A DNA stretch of 60,494 bases, taken from IMG/VR virus record IMGVR_UViG_3300045837_000032, positions 1 to 60,494 of that record. One strand, given 5' to 3'. A program made the position numbers and the translations under genes. Positions within the stretch are counted from its first letter, which is position 1. The number at the start of each line of letters is the position of its first letter. The DNA comes from a virus (Duplodnaviria > Caudoviricetes). This document shows positions 17,975-28,780 of this stretch, piece by piece. A model generated the notes under the pieces. It did no database searches and was not told the origin of the DNA. It saw nothing but the letters and a program-made list of their open reading frames with translations.

Positions 17975-18262
17975 GTGAGCGAGATCAACCCGGAGCTACG
18001 GGAACTGGCGGACAAGGCCCGTGCCTACCTGTCCAGCACGCTGTACCCGGCCGTGATGGGCGGCCTGGGCGTGTACTCGCTGCTGGAGCACATCGACAAC
18101 GGCCGACCGGTGGACGTGAAGACGGTCGCCACGGCCGTGATCGAGCACGCGGAGGCCGCCGGCTGGTCGCTGGCCCAGGATGCCAATGGCTTCTGGGAAG
18201 CCATCCCACCACCGGAGCGCATCTGGTCCGTGGAGATGGCGCCGGAGGCGAATGGGTCATGA
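17975..18262 (+). CDS. Hypothetical protein
   Basis: SD GAGGAGG; overlaps the next gene. Confidence 0.6.
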   Translation: MSEINPELRELADKARAYLSSTLYPAVMGGLGVYSLLEHIDNGRPVDVKTVATAVIEHAEAAGWSLAQDANGFWEAIPPPERIWSVEMAPEANGS

Positions 18263-18756
18263 CGTTGCTACCGGCCGATGCCAACGAGCTGGAGGCCCAG
18301 GAGCTGGCCGCGCTCCAGCTTTTCCTGCTGGAGCGCTCCGCCCGCGGGCCGCTGGTCGAACGGGTCCTGGTGGCCGGTAGCCGCAACTGGTCGCGGGTGC
18401 GCATCCTGCGCATGGCAATCCAGATGCTGCCCAGGACGGCGACGCTGGTCGAAGGGGACGCGGCCGGCGTGGACCGCGTCTCCGGGATCATGTGGCGTTC
18501 GCTGGGCGGCGCGGTGGAACCGCATCCGCTTCCGGAGCGCTGGTGGCTGGCCGGCCGGCGTATCCCGCTGGAGCGCAACCAGCACATGGTGGATCTTGGT
18601 GCTGACGTTGGCCTGTTCTTCCACCGCGACAACTCCGCCGGTACCGCGCACTGCCTCCGGGCCGCGCGTGAGGCCGGCATTCCCACGTTCGTGTTCACGC
18701 AAGGAGGCCCCGATGGGCGGAAAGTGGATCAACATGGAAGGCACTACCGACGGTAA
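18259..18756 (+). CDS. SLOG family (DUF2493/YspA-like) protein
   Basis: RVLVAGSRNW, EGDAAGVD, RNQHMVD, SAGTAHC. Confidence 0.8.
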   Translation: MTLLPADANELEAQELAALQLFLLERSARGPLVERVLVAGSRNWSRVRILRMAIQMLPRTATLVEGDAAGVDRVSGIMWRSLGGAVEPHPLPERWWLAGRRIPLERNQHMVDLGADVGLFFHRDNSAGTAHCLRAAREAGIPTFVFTQGGPDGRKVDQHGRHYRR

Positions 18757-21508
18757 GCATAACTGCCGGGTGCCCTTCATCCTGGGCGGCCCGTTCGGGC
18801 CGGGCGCGGGCGCGCTGTGGCAGTGCGATTGCGGCGACCAGTGGAAGGTGGTCACCGACCAGGACGACCGGACACCACCGCGCACGATGAAGCGCTGGGA
18901 ACGGGTCCAGGTGGAGCTGACCCGCGCGGACGTGCTCTCCCGTGTGCTGACGGTGCTGCCGGCCCACATCGGCACCGACGAACGCGGCCAGTGGTACGTG
19001 GAGCACACGCTGGCCGCGCTGGAGCGGTTGCACCTGGAGCAGTGGGCGGCCGGCGGCAAGGTGGCCAAGCGCGAACCGGCCAGTTAACGTCTGGCCTGCC
19101 GGGTCGACTTCCCCCCTCGCGATTCCGGCAGGCCAGACCCTCGTGTGAACCCCAGCGCACGGGGGTCTGGGTGGGAGGATGAGGACATGCCCGACACGGA
19201 TTCGATCTACACCTACGCATCCTGGTGGCCGGTGTCCGTTCTGCTGCCGGACCGGACCACGATCTGGCACCGCGTCCGCGTCTACGCCACCACCGCCGGC
19301 CTGGTGATCTACCGCCAGCGGCCGACCGGCCAGACCCCGGAGTGGGGCAGCCTCACGCCGGACTGGTTCTCTCCGGTGGACTACGCGGCGAACCCGCGCC
19401 CGGCCGCGTCCCAGCTTCCCGGCAGTTCGATCAGCCTGACCACACAGGACGGCCTGGTCACGATCACGTTCACGGGCGGCTGTGGGTGCGGCAACCCGCT
19501 GAAGACGTGGCGGCCGTCATTCAGCACCCGCGTGCAGGCGTGGCCGGCCAGCGCGGTACCAGCCTGATACCAACTCCCCCGACAGGAGACGATCATGGGT
19601 GAGCACTACACGGCGCCGGAGTTCACCGGCCTGTCGTGCGACAAGGCGAATTGCACTACGCGCAAAACCACGGACCCATTGCCGACATGGAGTAGCCGGC
19701 GGGAGGAGTTCGAGGCCCAGGCCGCCAGCGAGGGCTGGACGATCTGGGCCGGCAGGACGCGGCGCGTCTACTGCCCGGCACACAAGCCCCAGGACGGCCA
19801 CCGGATGCGCCTGGTGTCGAAGCTGCCGGCCCTGGCCTGCTCCTGTGACGCGACCGGCGCACCGGAGAACCCGCACCGGGACTACTGCGAGTTGAACCAT
19901 CCCCATCACCCGTGTGACCCGCGCACGTGCACACGGCACACCGTGACACCGGCAGGAGTGTGACCAGGCCATGGCAGAGCTGGATCAGGAGTTCGTGAAC
20001 AAACTGCTACACGGCGACCCGGCGGCGGAGGCGGAGAAGTACCGCCAGGCCCGGCTGCTGGAGCTGACGCCCCGGAACGAGGACGAGGCGCGGGCCGTGC
20101 TCAACGTCGCGCTGTCGTACCCGAACGTCCGGGACGAGATCATGGAGATGGCCCGCATGTTCCGCGCTGCCGCCGACTCCGCCCAGGCCATCGCGCGGGT
20201 GATCTCCGACCTTGACCGGTGCGAGCACGGCCGGCACGCCAAGGACTCCTGCCTCATGTGCCCCGGCGGCAAGTCGACCGGCAACCTGCTGCTGGAGCCG
20301 GGCCGGGTGATCGGCCACACCGTGCACGGCCGGCCGATCGTGGTTCCGGCGCCGGGGTTCGACTGGATGCAGCGTTCGAGCTGGATGGGCGACTGGCCGC
20401 CGGAGCCGGGAGTCCAGGAGTGAGCGGTCAACTGCTGTCGCCCGTCGACTACTGGCCAGACGGCCGGCTGTGCCCCTACGACGGGGCGACGCTGGCGGAG
20501 GTCCACCGGGCCATCGGCCAGGCGACGATGTTCGTCCACGTGGACGGAACGCGACACCAGGATGCGGTGGCCATGGCCGTCCAGCGGGTGGACGAGTGGG
20601 AGTGCCCGCAGTGCCACCACGCCCTGATCCCGATCAGTCGGAGGCGCTGGCGCAACTGGTTCCGCAAGACCATCTGGCGGGCCTGCGTCCGGCCGGGATG
20701 CGATTGGATGGAGCAGACCGGCGGACCCGCCGTCCGGTCGCGAGTCAACCCATGAGGGGCCGGAGATGACCTACCAGCAGGTACCCACGAAGTTCGAGGC
20801 GGAGCAGTTCACGGGGAGCAACTTTGACGCGTTCGTGGCCGCCGTGGACCCGGAAAACCTGCACAGCGTGACCCTGAACGACGACGGCACGGTCAGCTAC
20901 TACGGGCCGGCCGGCCAGTTCCTGATCAACCCCGGGGACTGGCTGATCAGCCAGGGCTACACAGGCACGTTCGCCGGCTGGAACGCCTACGGCGGTGCGG
21001 GCAACGTGCGACCGGATGATCAGTTCCAGACACAGTTCGTGGCGGTGTAGCGGTGAACGGCTGGACCGTGCCCCGGTTGCTGGCACCGCGCCTGACTTAC
21101 CGGGCGCGGTTCGGCCACTGGTGCGACCACCGGACCTACTACGCGGGTGCGCCGTGGAACGTGCCCGATGACGCGGACCTGGCCAGTGGACGCGTCGTCA
21201 GCGACGTGGACACGGACATGGTGCCGGTGAACCGTGGCTGGTCCGACTGGGAAATGATCGACCTGGGCCGCGCGAAGATCCGATCCTGTCGGCGGTGCGG
21301 CTACGTGGAGACGACGATGGGCCACCCGATGCGGGACATGGCCAAGGAGCTGGCCGACCGGCCGGCCATCCGTGGCGTTGGCGCGGTGCTCCTGGTCGTC
21401 GGCCTGTTGGCGCTGGTGGTGTGGCTCATGATCTGGGTGTTCCCGCTGTGGCTGGACGTGGCCATGTTCGTTGGTGCTGTGATCTTTGGCGGGAGCGTGC
21501 GGCGATGA
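18713..21508 (+). other. Run of hypothetical genes (18713-19087, 19187-19567, 19595-19963, 19971-20423, 20420-20755, 20766-21050, 21053-21508), many Cys/His-rich
   Basis: Contiguous ORFs with SD sites or start/stop overlaps. Confidence 0.6.
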
Positions 21509-21810
21509 CGGACCCGGATGACGAGGGCTGGACCGACCTGGGCCACGGCGTGAGCTGGTCGCCGTTGGTGGACCGGGATGGTGACCTGGTGGCCCTGCTG
21601 GAGCGCCACGACTGTGCGCCGGAGTCGCGCGGCGTCGGCTCGCTGCCCCTGCGCACGGAGGCCGGCATGAGGGCGTTCCCGGACGGCCCGCACTGGACCC
21701 TGGAGACCCAGGAGCCGATCACAATCACCCCGTCGGTGCGGTGCCGGACGTGCGGCAAGCACGGATGGATCAAAGGTGGAGAGTGGGTGCCGGCCAGTGA
21801 CTCCACGTGA
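21505..21810 (+). CDS. DUF6527-like small Zn protein
   Basis: TITPSVRCRTCGKHGWIKGGEW. Confidence 0.6.
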   Translation: MTDPDDEGWTDLGHGVSWSPLVDRDGDLVALLERHDCAPESRGVGSLPLRTEAGMRAFPDGPHWTLETQEPITITPSVRCRTCGKHGWIKGGEWVPASDST

Positions 21811-22018
21811 GTACGTCCCGGTGGTCCTGCCGCTGAACATCCTGATCCTGGGTGGGGCCGCGTTGGACAAGGCCGACCTCTACCAGTACGCCATGCTGTG
21901 CCTGACGCTCCTGGTGATCAATGCCCTGGTGGCGTTCCATGGCCTGCCCGCCGACGGAACGCCCGCAACTGACCATGACGGCTAGCCTGCGCTCCAGGCC
22001 GACCACCAGGAGGACACG

Positions 22019-22357
22019 ATGGCCCGCACCAACATCAACGCCGTTCCGTTCGCCGGCCAGTCCAGCGCGGACGTGTACGAGAGCATGGACCTGACCGGCG
22101 GCACGGCCACGGACGCGGTCAACGGCAACAGCACCGCCAACAACGGGAGCCTGTACCTGTTCGTGACCACGTCGGCGGCCGATGCCACCTTCACGATCCG
22201 CAAGCCGGAGCAGGCGGCCGGCCAGGTGGAGAACCTGGCCAACGGCGCCATTCGGATGTTGGGGCCGTTCCGCGTGGACATCTACGGTGACCACGTGGAG
22301 TGGACCGGCCTGGCCACCACCAAGGTGCTGCCGATCCAGATGGTCGAACTGACGTGA
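22019..22357 (+). CDS. Probable small virion protein (head decoration-like)
   Basis: Strong SD AGGAGG; MARTNIN..., D..NGN, GPF...IYG pattern; Thr/Ala/Asn-rich. Confidence 0.5.
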   Translation: MARTNINAVPFAGQSSADVYESMDLTGGTATDAVNGNSTANNGSLYLFVTTSAADATFTIRKPEQAAGQVENLANGAIRMLGPFRVDIYGDHVEWTGLATTKVLPIQMVELT

Positions 22358-22526
22358 GGCTGCTGGGCCGGCACATCGGCGGGGGTCACGGGCGCTGGCA
22401 CCGGTTCCAGGTCAAGCGCGGTGGTCGGGCCACGGTCTGGCCCTGGGTGCAGGTGCGGACGCCGGTCGGCTCGATCGTCATCGGCCGGACACGGCCACTG
22501 GATCACCCCAAGCTGGTGAGGCAGCG

Positions 22527-23084
22527 GTGAGCGAGCCAGTCAGGGAACCCCGGCCGGCGGATTTCGGCCTGGTGCGGATCAGGGGAGCATCGGGCGGCCT
22601 GATCCGGGTGGGCCAGTACCTGAACGAAGTGCGCTGGCGCACGCTGTTCGACCGCACGCTGTGGCGCAACGTCCAGCACGCGTTCGTCCTGGTGGACGAC
22701 AACATGGTGGTGGAGGCGGAGCCGGGCGGCGCGCGGCACGTCTCCCTGGACGAGTACAAGGACGAACAGGTTATCTGGTCGTACTGGGACCTGACCGACG
22801 ACCAGCGCGCGGCCATCGTGGCGGCGGCCATGAGCCTGATTGGCACGCCGTACAGCTTCCTGGACTACGGGTCTCTGGCGGCGCGGCGGCTGCACATCCC
22901 GATACCGGGCCTGCGCAAGTACATCCAGGACACCGGGCACATGATCTGTTCCCAGCTCACGGACGAGGCGTACCGGCTGGGCGGGCAGCAGATGTTCGCT
23001 GATCACCGTTGGGCCGGCGACGTGGACCCGCTGGAGCTGTACCCGGTGCTGGGTGGCCCGCTGATCGGTGAGGTGGCGGCCTGA
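22527..23084 (+). CDS. Permuted papain-like (NlpC/P60, YiiX-like) enzyme
   Basis: His (QHAFV) precedes Cys (MICSQL); IGTPYSF. Confidence 0.7.
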   Translation: MSEPVREPRPADFGLVRIRGASGGLIRVGQYLNEVRWRTLFDRTLWRNVQHAFVLVDDNMVVEAEPGGARHVSLDEYKDEQVIWSYWDLTDDQRAAIVAAAMSLIGTPYSFLDYGSLAARRLHIPIPGLRKYIQDTGHMICSQLTDEAYRLGGQQMFADHRWAGDVDPLELYPVLGGPLIGEVAA

Positions 23085-23253
23085 TGCCGTGGTGGGGCGT
23101 GACGTTGATCGCGGTGGGCGCGGCCGTGTTGGGGGGCTGGGTGGCCGTGCACTGGCTGGGCCGGCAGATGTACCGGAACATGTGATGGGACCAGGGTGGA
23201 TCAGGAGGGCCTGGGATGTTGGGTAGCGGGCTGACCCCAATCGCGAGGGTGGT

Positions 23254-23664
23254 ATGACGCAGGAATCGCCGTTTCCGGCGGAGCTGGCCGCGCTGGTGGC
23301 GTCGTGCACCTACCGGCCGGGCTGGCATCTCTGGCTGGATGACGACTACGACCGGGGCCAGGGCTGCGTGGGCATGACACTGATCATCGCCTGCACCGTG
23401 CCGGACACGTACAACCTGGACCACACGATCACGGTCCGGCACTTCTTCCCGGTGCCGGCGGCGGCCTACAACCGCGAGTCCTGGCAGCGGTGGCTGTTCG
23501 ATCAGCTTCTGCTGGTGGAGCAGCACGAGGCCATGGAGATGTTCCAGGTCGACGGCCAGCGGCCGTACGCACCCAACCACGGGCCGGGCTGGAACCCGTA
23601 CCTGATCACCACCGTGGCCAGCGACATGGACCGGCGGACCGACTTCCGGGGCGTCGTTTCGTGA
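23254..23664 (+). CDS. Phage hypothetical protein
   Basis: Clean ORF with VEQHEAMEMF..DG.RPYAPNHG. Confidence 0.65.
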   Translation: MTQESPFPAELAALVASCTYRPGWHLWLDDDYDRGQGCVGMTLIIACTVPDTYNLDHTITVRHFFPVPAAAYNRESWQRWLFDQLLLVEQHEAMEMFQVDGQRPYAPNHGPGWNPYLITTVASDMDRRTDFRGVVS

Positions 23665-23746
23665 ACTGGCCCTTGTTGATCGTGAACGCACCGATCGCGG
23701 CGCTGGGCCTCGTGTGGCTGTACGCCCAGATCCGGCGGTGGCCGGA

Positions 23747-24043
23747 GTGACCGATGACCTGATGTTCTGCCTGGCCGTGTTCCGGGCCACGCGGCTGCTC
23801 CAGCGCGATGACGTACCACCTCTGCCGGCCTGGCGGGCCGCGATCATGAACCGCCACGGCGCCAGCGTGTGGTCCAACCTGCTGGACTGCCCGTGGTGCC
23901 TGTCGGTCTGGGTGGCCGCCGGCCTGGCGCTGTTGCGGCTGGTCGCCCCGCGACTGGCCCGGCCGCTGATCGTCGTCCTGGCATCATCGGCCGTGTCCGG
24001 CCTGCTATCCGACGGCTGGGACCTGGTGACCGAACACGGCTAG
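23747..24043 (+). CDS. DUF1360-like membrane protein
   Basis: RATRLL..D and LLDCPWCLSVWVA; immediately upstream of the portal. Confidence 0.75.
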   Translation: MTDDLMFCLAVFRATRLLQRDDVPPLPAWRAAIMNRHGASVWSNLLDCPWCLSVWVAAGLALLRLVAPRLARPLIVVLASSAVSGLLSDGWDLVTEHG

Positions 24044-24052
24044 GAGGCGGTG

Positions 24053-26632
24053 ATGGGCTGGTTCGGCAACCGCACCAGACAGCCCAACGGGAAGCGCCTC
24101 CCCAGCTCCACCATGACGGCCGCCGGCTCCAGGATGGACCTCGCGGACCATGACATCATCCGGCAGATCGTCCGCACCAAGATGGGCTGGCAGACGCACG
24201 CCTGGGACTACCGGGATCTGATCGGTGAGCTGTCGGGCGCACTGCGGTTCCGGGCCAATGTCATCAGCAAGGTGGGCCTGACGATTGCCCAGGTGACCGA
24301 TGGTGACGACGTACCGGTGGACGCGGACAGCCCGCACGCCACTCTGGAGCCGGCGGTCCGCAAGGCGGCCCAGGACGCGTTGAACAAGCTGCCCTGGCGC
24401 TCCGGGTACATGTTCGGCGGCCTGCTGGATACCAACTTCTCCGTGGCTGGTGAGGCGTGGCTGCACGGCCTCCAGGACAAGGGCAAGGAGAAGTGGACCG
24501 TTCTGTCCACGGACGAGGTTCAGCCGCTGGGCGGTGGCTCGAACCTGGGCATCGTGGACCTGCCCGGCCAGCCGGCACGGCCGATCAACCCGAAGACGGA
24601 GGTTCTGATCCGGCTGTGGGTGCCGCATCCGCGTTTCAAGCGGCTGGCCGACAGCCCGATGCGCTCCTGCATCGACGTGTGCATGGACATCCTGCTGATC
24701 GGCCGGGAACTCCGCGCGGCGGCCCGGTCCCGTGTGGCGGCCAACGGCCTGCTGCTGGTGCCACACAGCCTCTCCATGGTTCGTCACGGACCGAACAGTG
24801 ACGAGGATCGGGACTTCCAAACGGAGCTAGAGGCCGCGCTGCTGGCCCCGATCACGAACGAGGGTGAACCGGGTTCGGTGGTCCCCATCGCGATCGAGGG
24901 GGATATCGAAGATCTGAAAGAGGTCCGGCACATCCAACTGGTGCGGGAAACGTCGGCGGACCTGAACGAGAAGCTGACCCGGTCCCTGACCCGGCTGGGC
25001 GAATCGATCGACGTACCCCCCACCGTGATGACGGGCCTCCAGGACACCAACCACTGGAACGCCTACGTGATCGACGCGACCACGTTCACCAACCACATCG
25101 AACCCGGTGTCCGGATCATGGTGGACTCGCTGACGGAGGGCTACCTGCGTCCCAGCCTGACCATGCCGACCACCCAGGGCGGCTACGGGCTGTCCGACGA
25201 TCAGGCCGCCACGGTGCAGGTGTGGTACGACGCCGGCAAGGTGGTGCAGAACGCCAACCGGGGGTCCGACGCCAAGGACGCGTACGACCGGCTGGCCATC
25301 GGCCCGAAATCACTGCGTGAGGCGCTGGGGTTCAACGACGGCGACGCGCCCACCACCGAAGAACTCATGACCATGATCGCAAGCAAGATCAGCGTAGATC
25401 CGGGCACGGCCGGCCAACTGGTTTCGCGAGTCCTGGGCATACCGGCCCCGCCGACGCCAGCGCCCACTCCGCCGGCACCCCGGCCGCAATTGCCGCCCGG
25501 CGAGTCCCCGCGCAACCCTGGTACCGGATCGGTACCAGTCGGCCAGCCCAACGCCCCGGACATCGGGGCTCGAACCGCGTCGGCCGCCATCGATGCCAGC
25601 CTGCGCATCGTGACCGCCGATCGGCTGGCCGCGATCGATGCCGCGCTGCTGGACCGGCTCACGACGGCCGCTGACGCGGCAATCCGGCGGGCGGTGGAGA
25701 AGGCTCAGGCGCGCATCCGGTCGGCCGCCCAGCACCATGTGAGCCGGCCGGAGCTGACCGCGCACGCCGATGACCTGGCCGCGTGGCTGGGTCCGGAGCG
25801 CGTGGCGGAGCTGGGTGTCCTGGAGGACGCGCTGCTGGCCGCCGCGTTCGACTACCTGGCGGAGAAGTTCGCGAAATGGACTGTTCAGGCCATCGGCCAG
25901 GCGGTGCGGGTGGTCGCGAACATGACGGCCATGCCGCTGACGGCCACGGCCGCGCTCACCCGCGCGATGACGGCCCGCGTGCCGGCCGCGTGGTCGCGTC
26001 TCCAGGCCGCGCTACACCAGCGCACCCTGAACGCCCTGTACGGCCGGACCGGGCAGGAGCAGCGCGGCGAGGCCACCGACGAACTGGTGCGACCCGGTGA
26101 CATCCGCACGGCGCTGGCCACGATCGGCGGCACGGATGCGGACGAGGGCGGCCGGTCGGCTACCTCCATCGGTGGAATCGGACTAGGCCAGGACGTGCTG
26201 GACACCGTGGAGCAGGTGGCCGGGCCGCCCATCGGCCTGATGTGGATCTACGGGCCGGAGCCACGGGACACGTTCGAGCCCCACCTACGGCTGGACGATC
26301 ACCGCTACGACAGCCCGACGGACCGCCGGCTCACCCCGCCGGCCGGATACGAATGGCTGGGTGCCTACATGCATCCCGGTGACCACGCCGGCTGTCGGTG
26401 CCACACCGCGCCGGCCTGGATCTTCCCGGAGAACGCGGCCAGCATGGACCCCGGCCTCCGGGACCTGATCACGCGGACCGTGTCCGCTGGCGAGTCGGCC
26501 GCCATGCGCAACGAACGCGCGCTGGCGGAGATGGACGACGCGGCCGGGCGCACTGGCACCACAGCCCAGCGGGCGCGCGACCAGGCCGACAGGGTGAAAC
26601 GACTACGTGACGAGTGGCTTGGTGCCGCGTGA
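24053..26632 (+). CDS. Portal protein fused to a MuF-like C-terminal domain
   Basis: AWDYRDLIGEL, IRLWVPHPR...ADSP, GLLLVP and NHWNA are typical of actinophage portals; Pro-rich linker; C-terminal HPGDHAGCRC. Confidence 0.85.
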   Translation: MGWFGNRTRQPNGKRLPSSTMTAAGSRMDLADHDIIRQIVRTKMGWQTHAWDYRDLIGELSGALRFRANVISKVGLTIAQVTDGDDVPVDADSPHATLEPAVRKAAQDALNKLPWRSGYMFGGLLDTNFSVAGEAWLHGLQDKGKEKWTVLSTDEVQPLGGGSNLGIVDLPGQPARPINPKTEVLIRLWVPHPRFKRLADSPMRSCIDVCMDILLIGRELRAAARSRVAANGLLLVPHSLSMVRHGPNSDEDRDFQTELEAALLAPITNEGEPGSVVPIAIEGDIEDLKEVRHIQLVRETSADLNEKLTRSLTRLGESIDVPPTVMTGLQDTNHWNAYVIDATTFTNHIEPGVRIMVDSLTEGYLRPSLTMPTTQGGYGLSDDQAATVQVWYDAGKVVQNANRGSDAKDAYDRLAIGPKSLREALGFNDGDAPTTEELMTMIASKISVDPGTAGQLVSRVLGIPAPPTPAPTPPAPRPQLPPGESPRNPGTGSVPVGQPNAPDIGARTASAAIDASLRIVTADRLAAIDAALLDRLTTAADAAIRRAVEKAQARIRSAAQHHVSRPELTAHADDLAAWLGPERVAELGVLEDALLAAAFDYLAEKFAKWTVQAIGQAVRVVANMTAMPLTATAALTRAMTARVPAAWSRLQAALHQRTLNALYGRTGQEQRGEATDELVRPGDIRTALATIGGTDADEGGRSATSIGGIGLGQDVLDTVEQVAGPPIGLMWIYGPEPRDTFEPHLRLDDHRYDSPTDRRLTPPAGYEWLGAYMHPGDHAGCRCHTAPAWIFPENAASMDPGLRDLITRTVSAGESAAMRNERALAEMDDAAGRTGTTAQRARDQADRVKRLRDEWLGAA

Positions 26633-26639
26633 GGAGGCA

Positions 26640-28535
26640 ATGGTGAGCGGCAAAGGAAAGGCAAAGGTCACGCCGGGTACCGGCGGTGTGGAAGTCAACG
26701 GCCTGAACTCCGACGGCCAACTCCCGCTGTTCTTCCCCGCGCTGGTGATCGAGGGCATGAGCACGTCGGACGGCCGCAACATCGGAGCGGGCGCGCTGGG
26801 CCATCGCGCGCTGCCGATCAGCATCCTGGCCCAGTGGCAGAACCCCGGCCAGCAGGGTGGCCACGCGGGCGCGGAGGTCATCGGCCACCTGACGGAGCTG
26901 ACCCGCGTTCCCGGCCCGGAGGTGGTCAGTCGGCAGACCGGAGCACCATTCCCGGAGGGCACATTCGTGTGGCAGGGCCGTGGTGTGGCCGACCCGGACA
27001 CCACGGGTGGGAAGCTGGTGCAGGCCGGCCACCTGCGTGGCAACTCCGTGGATCTCGCGGATGTTGACTATGACGAATCGTTCGCGGATGACGGAAAAGC
27101 CACGATCAACATCACGCGCGGCGAGATCGCGGCCACCACGCTGTGCCCCATCCCGGCGTTCGCGGACGCCTACGTGGAGGTGGTGGCGGACGAGGAGCCG
27201 GTGACGGCCGCCGACCTGGTCAACACCGACATGCTGGCGGAGCTGGACAGCGTGCTGGTGGCCGCCGGCTACGGGCCGGACGCGGCACGGCGGGCCGTCC
27301 AGTCGTTCATGGACCTGGTGGCCCATCCGCTGCCGCCGTGGCGGTCGGCGGAGCTGGGCGACACGTGCGGCGAGTGCTCCGCCCAGATCGATGGGGACGA
27401 GTGGACGGAAACCCAGAACGCGGACGGCACGATCACGTTCAGCCCGACCGTGGCCAAGCGGCGCCGGGCCTACGCGCGGGGCCTCGCGATCAAGGGCGAG
27501 AAGTCGGACGGGTCGGATGCCAGCTATCCGATCGAGAACCAGTCGGATCTGGACAAGGCGGCCGGCATGGTCGGCCTGGGGTCGGACTCGAACGGCAAGA
27601 TCCGGGCGCACATCAAGAAGGCGGCCCGCAAGCTGGGCCTGAAACTGCCACCCAGCCTCCAGGCGTCCGGTACGCCGGCCCTGCCCCCACTGGCCCTGTT
27701 CTCCGATCCCGGACTGACCGCCTACACCCCCGTGCGCGTCGGTGACCCTCGTCCCGACGGCCGCCGGGAGATCGTCGGCCACATCGGCCAGTGGAACGAC
27801 TGTCACGTCGGGTACACGAACACCTGCGTGCGGATGCCGCACAGCCGGGTGGACTACGCGCGGTTCGCCACGGGCGCGGCGCGGTGCGTGGACGAGACCG
27901 GCCAGACGCGTCTGGCGGCCGTCGGACCGCTGTCCATGTCCCGCAACCTGTCCAGCGGTGGCCACGCGCCCAGCACGCTGAACGAGGCGGACGCGGTGGC
28001 GTTCTACGACAACCACTGCACGGCCGTGGCCGACGTGGCGGTCGGTGAGGATGAGCACGGCGTGTGGATGCACGGCCTGACGCGGCCGGACGTGACGGAG
28101 GCGGACGTGGACCGCATCCTGGCCACGCCGCCGTCCGGGGACTGGCGCGGCTACCGGGGCAACCTGGAGCTGTGCGCCATCCTGCTGGTGCCCCGGCCCG
28201 GCTACGTCGTGCCGCGCGCCCGCGTCGCCTCCGGTGAGCTGGTCAGCCTGGTGGCCGCCGGTATCCCGGTGGGCCAGTTGGCCGGTGACGGAATCTCCGA
28301 ACAGGCCATCGTGACGGCCGTCAACAAGGCCCTGATCGCGTTCTTCGACCCGGACAACGACGGCGATATCGACCGGCCGATCGATCCGACGCTGGAACAG
28401 GGCGACGATGCCGGCCCCGGTGACCCGCCGAACAAGCCGGACATGGCCGCACGTCACCAGGCCGCACTCCTGGCCATCCGTCGGGGCGACGCGCTGGCCG
28501 CGCTGGACGCCGGCCCTTTCGATCCGGCCCGGTAG
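26640..28535 (+). CDS. Capsid maturation protease with inserted domain(s)
   Basis: EG.STSDGR, GHAGAEVIG, ATTLCPIPAF; inserted SYPIEN..DL..A module; C-terminal GHI, YDN and SGDWR motifs. Confidence 0.85.
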   Translation: MVSGKGKAKVTPGTGGVEVNGLNSDGQLPLFFPALVIEGMSTSDGRNIGAGALGHRALPISILAQWQNPGQQGGHAGAEVIGHLTELTRVPGPEVVSRQTGAPFPEGTFVWQGRGVADPDTTGGKLVQAGHLRGNSVDLADVDYDESFADDGKATINITRGEIAATTLCPIPAFADAYVEVVADEEPVTAADLVNTDMLAELDSVLVAAGYGPDAARRAVQSFMDLVAHPLPPWRSAELGDTCGECSAQIDGDEWTETQNADGTITFSPTVAKRRRAYARGLAIKGEKSDGSDASYPIENQSDLDKAAGMVGLGSDSNGKIRAHIKKAARKLGLKLPPSLQASGTPALPPLALFSDPGLTAYTPVRVGDPRPDGRREIVGHIGQWNDCHVGYTNTCVRMPHSRVDYARFATGAARCVDETGQTRLAAVGPLSMSRNLSSGGHAPSTLNEADAVAFYDNHCTAVADVAVGEDEHGVWMHGLTRPDVTEADVDRILATPPSGDWRGYRGNLELCAILLVPRPGYVVPRARVASGELVSLVAAGIPVGQLAGDGISEQAIVTAVNKALIAFFDPDNDGDIDRPIDPTLEQGDDAGPGDPPNKPDMAARHQAALLAIRRGDALAALDAGPFDPAR

Positions 28536-28564
28536 AACCGGGCGATCTGGCCAGCCGGCTGGAG

Positions 28565-28780
28565 GTGGGCCGGGGGTCGAAGCTGTGGCGCTACTGGATC
28601 GGCCCGAAGGGGTCGGCCCGGTACATGGGTGCCGCTCACCCGTGGACCAAGCTCCGTGATGAGCTGATCAAAGAGGGCGTTCCGGCGTCGCAGGCCGACG
28701 GCCTGGCCACCAACATCATGATGGCCACGCCGGCCGGTCGGGCGCTGTTCAAGGCGTACCACGGGAAGGGGAGGCACTGA
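28565..28780 (+). CDS. Small head-associated protein
   Basis: KLWRYWIGPKGSARY...HPWTKL; follows the protease. Confidence 0.55.
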   Translation: MGRGSKLWRYWIGPKGSARYMGAAHPWTKLRDELIKEGVPASQADGLATNIMMATPAGRALFKAYHGKGRH

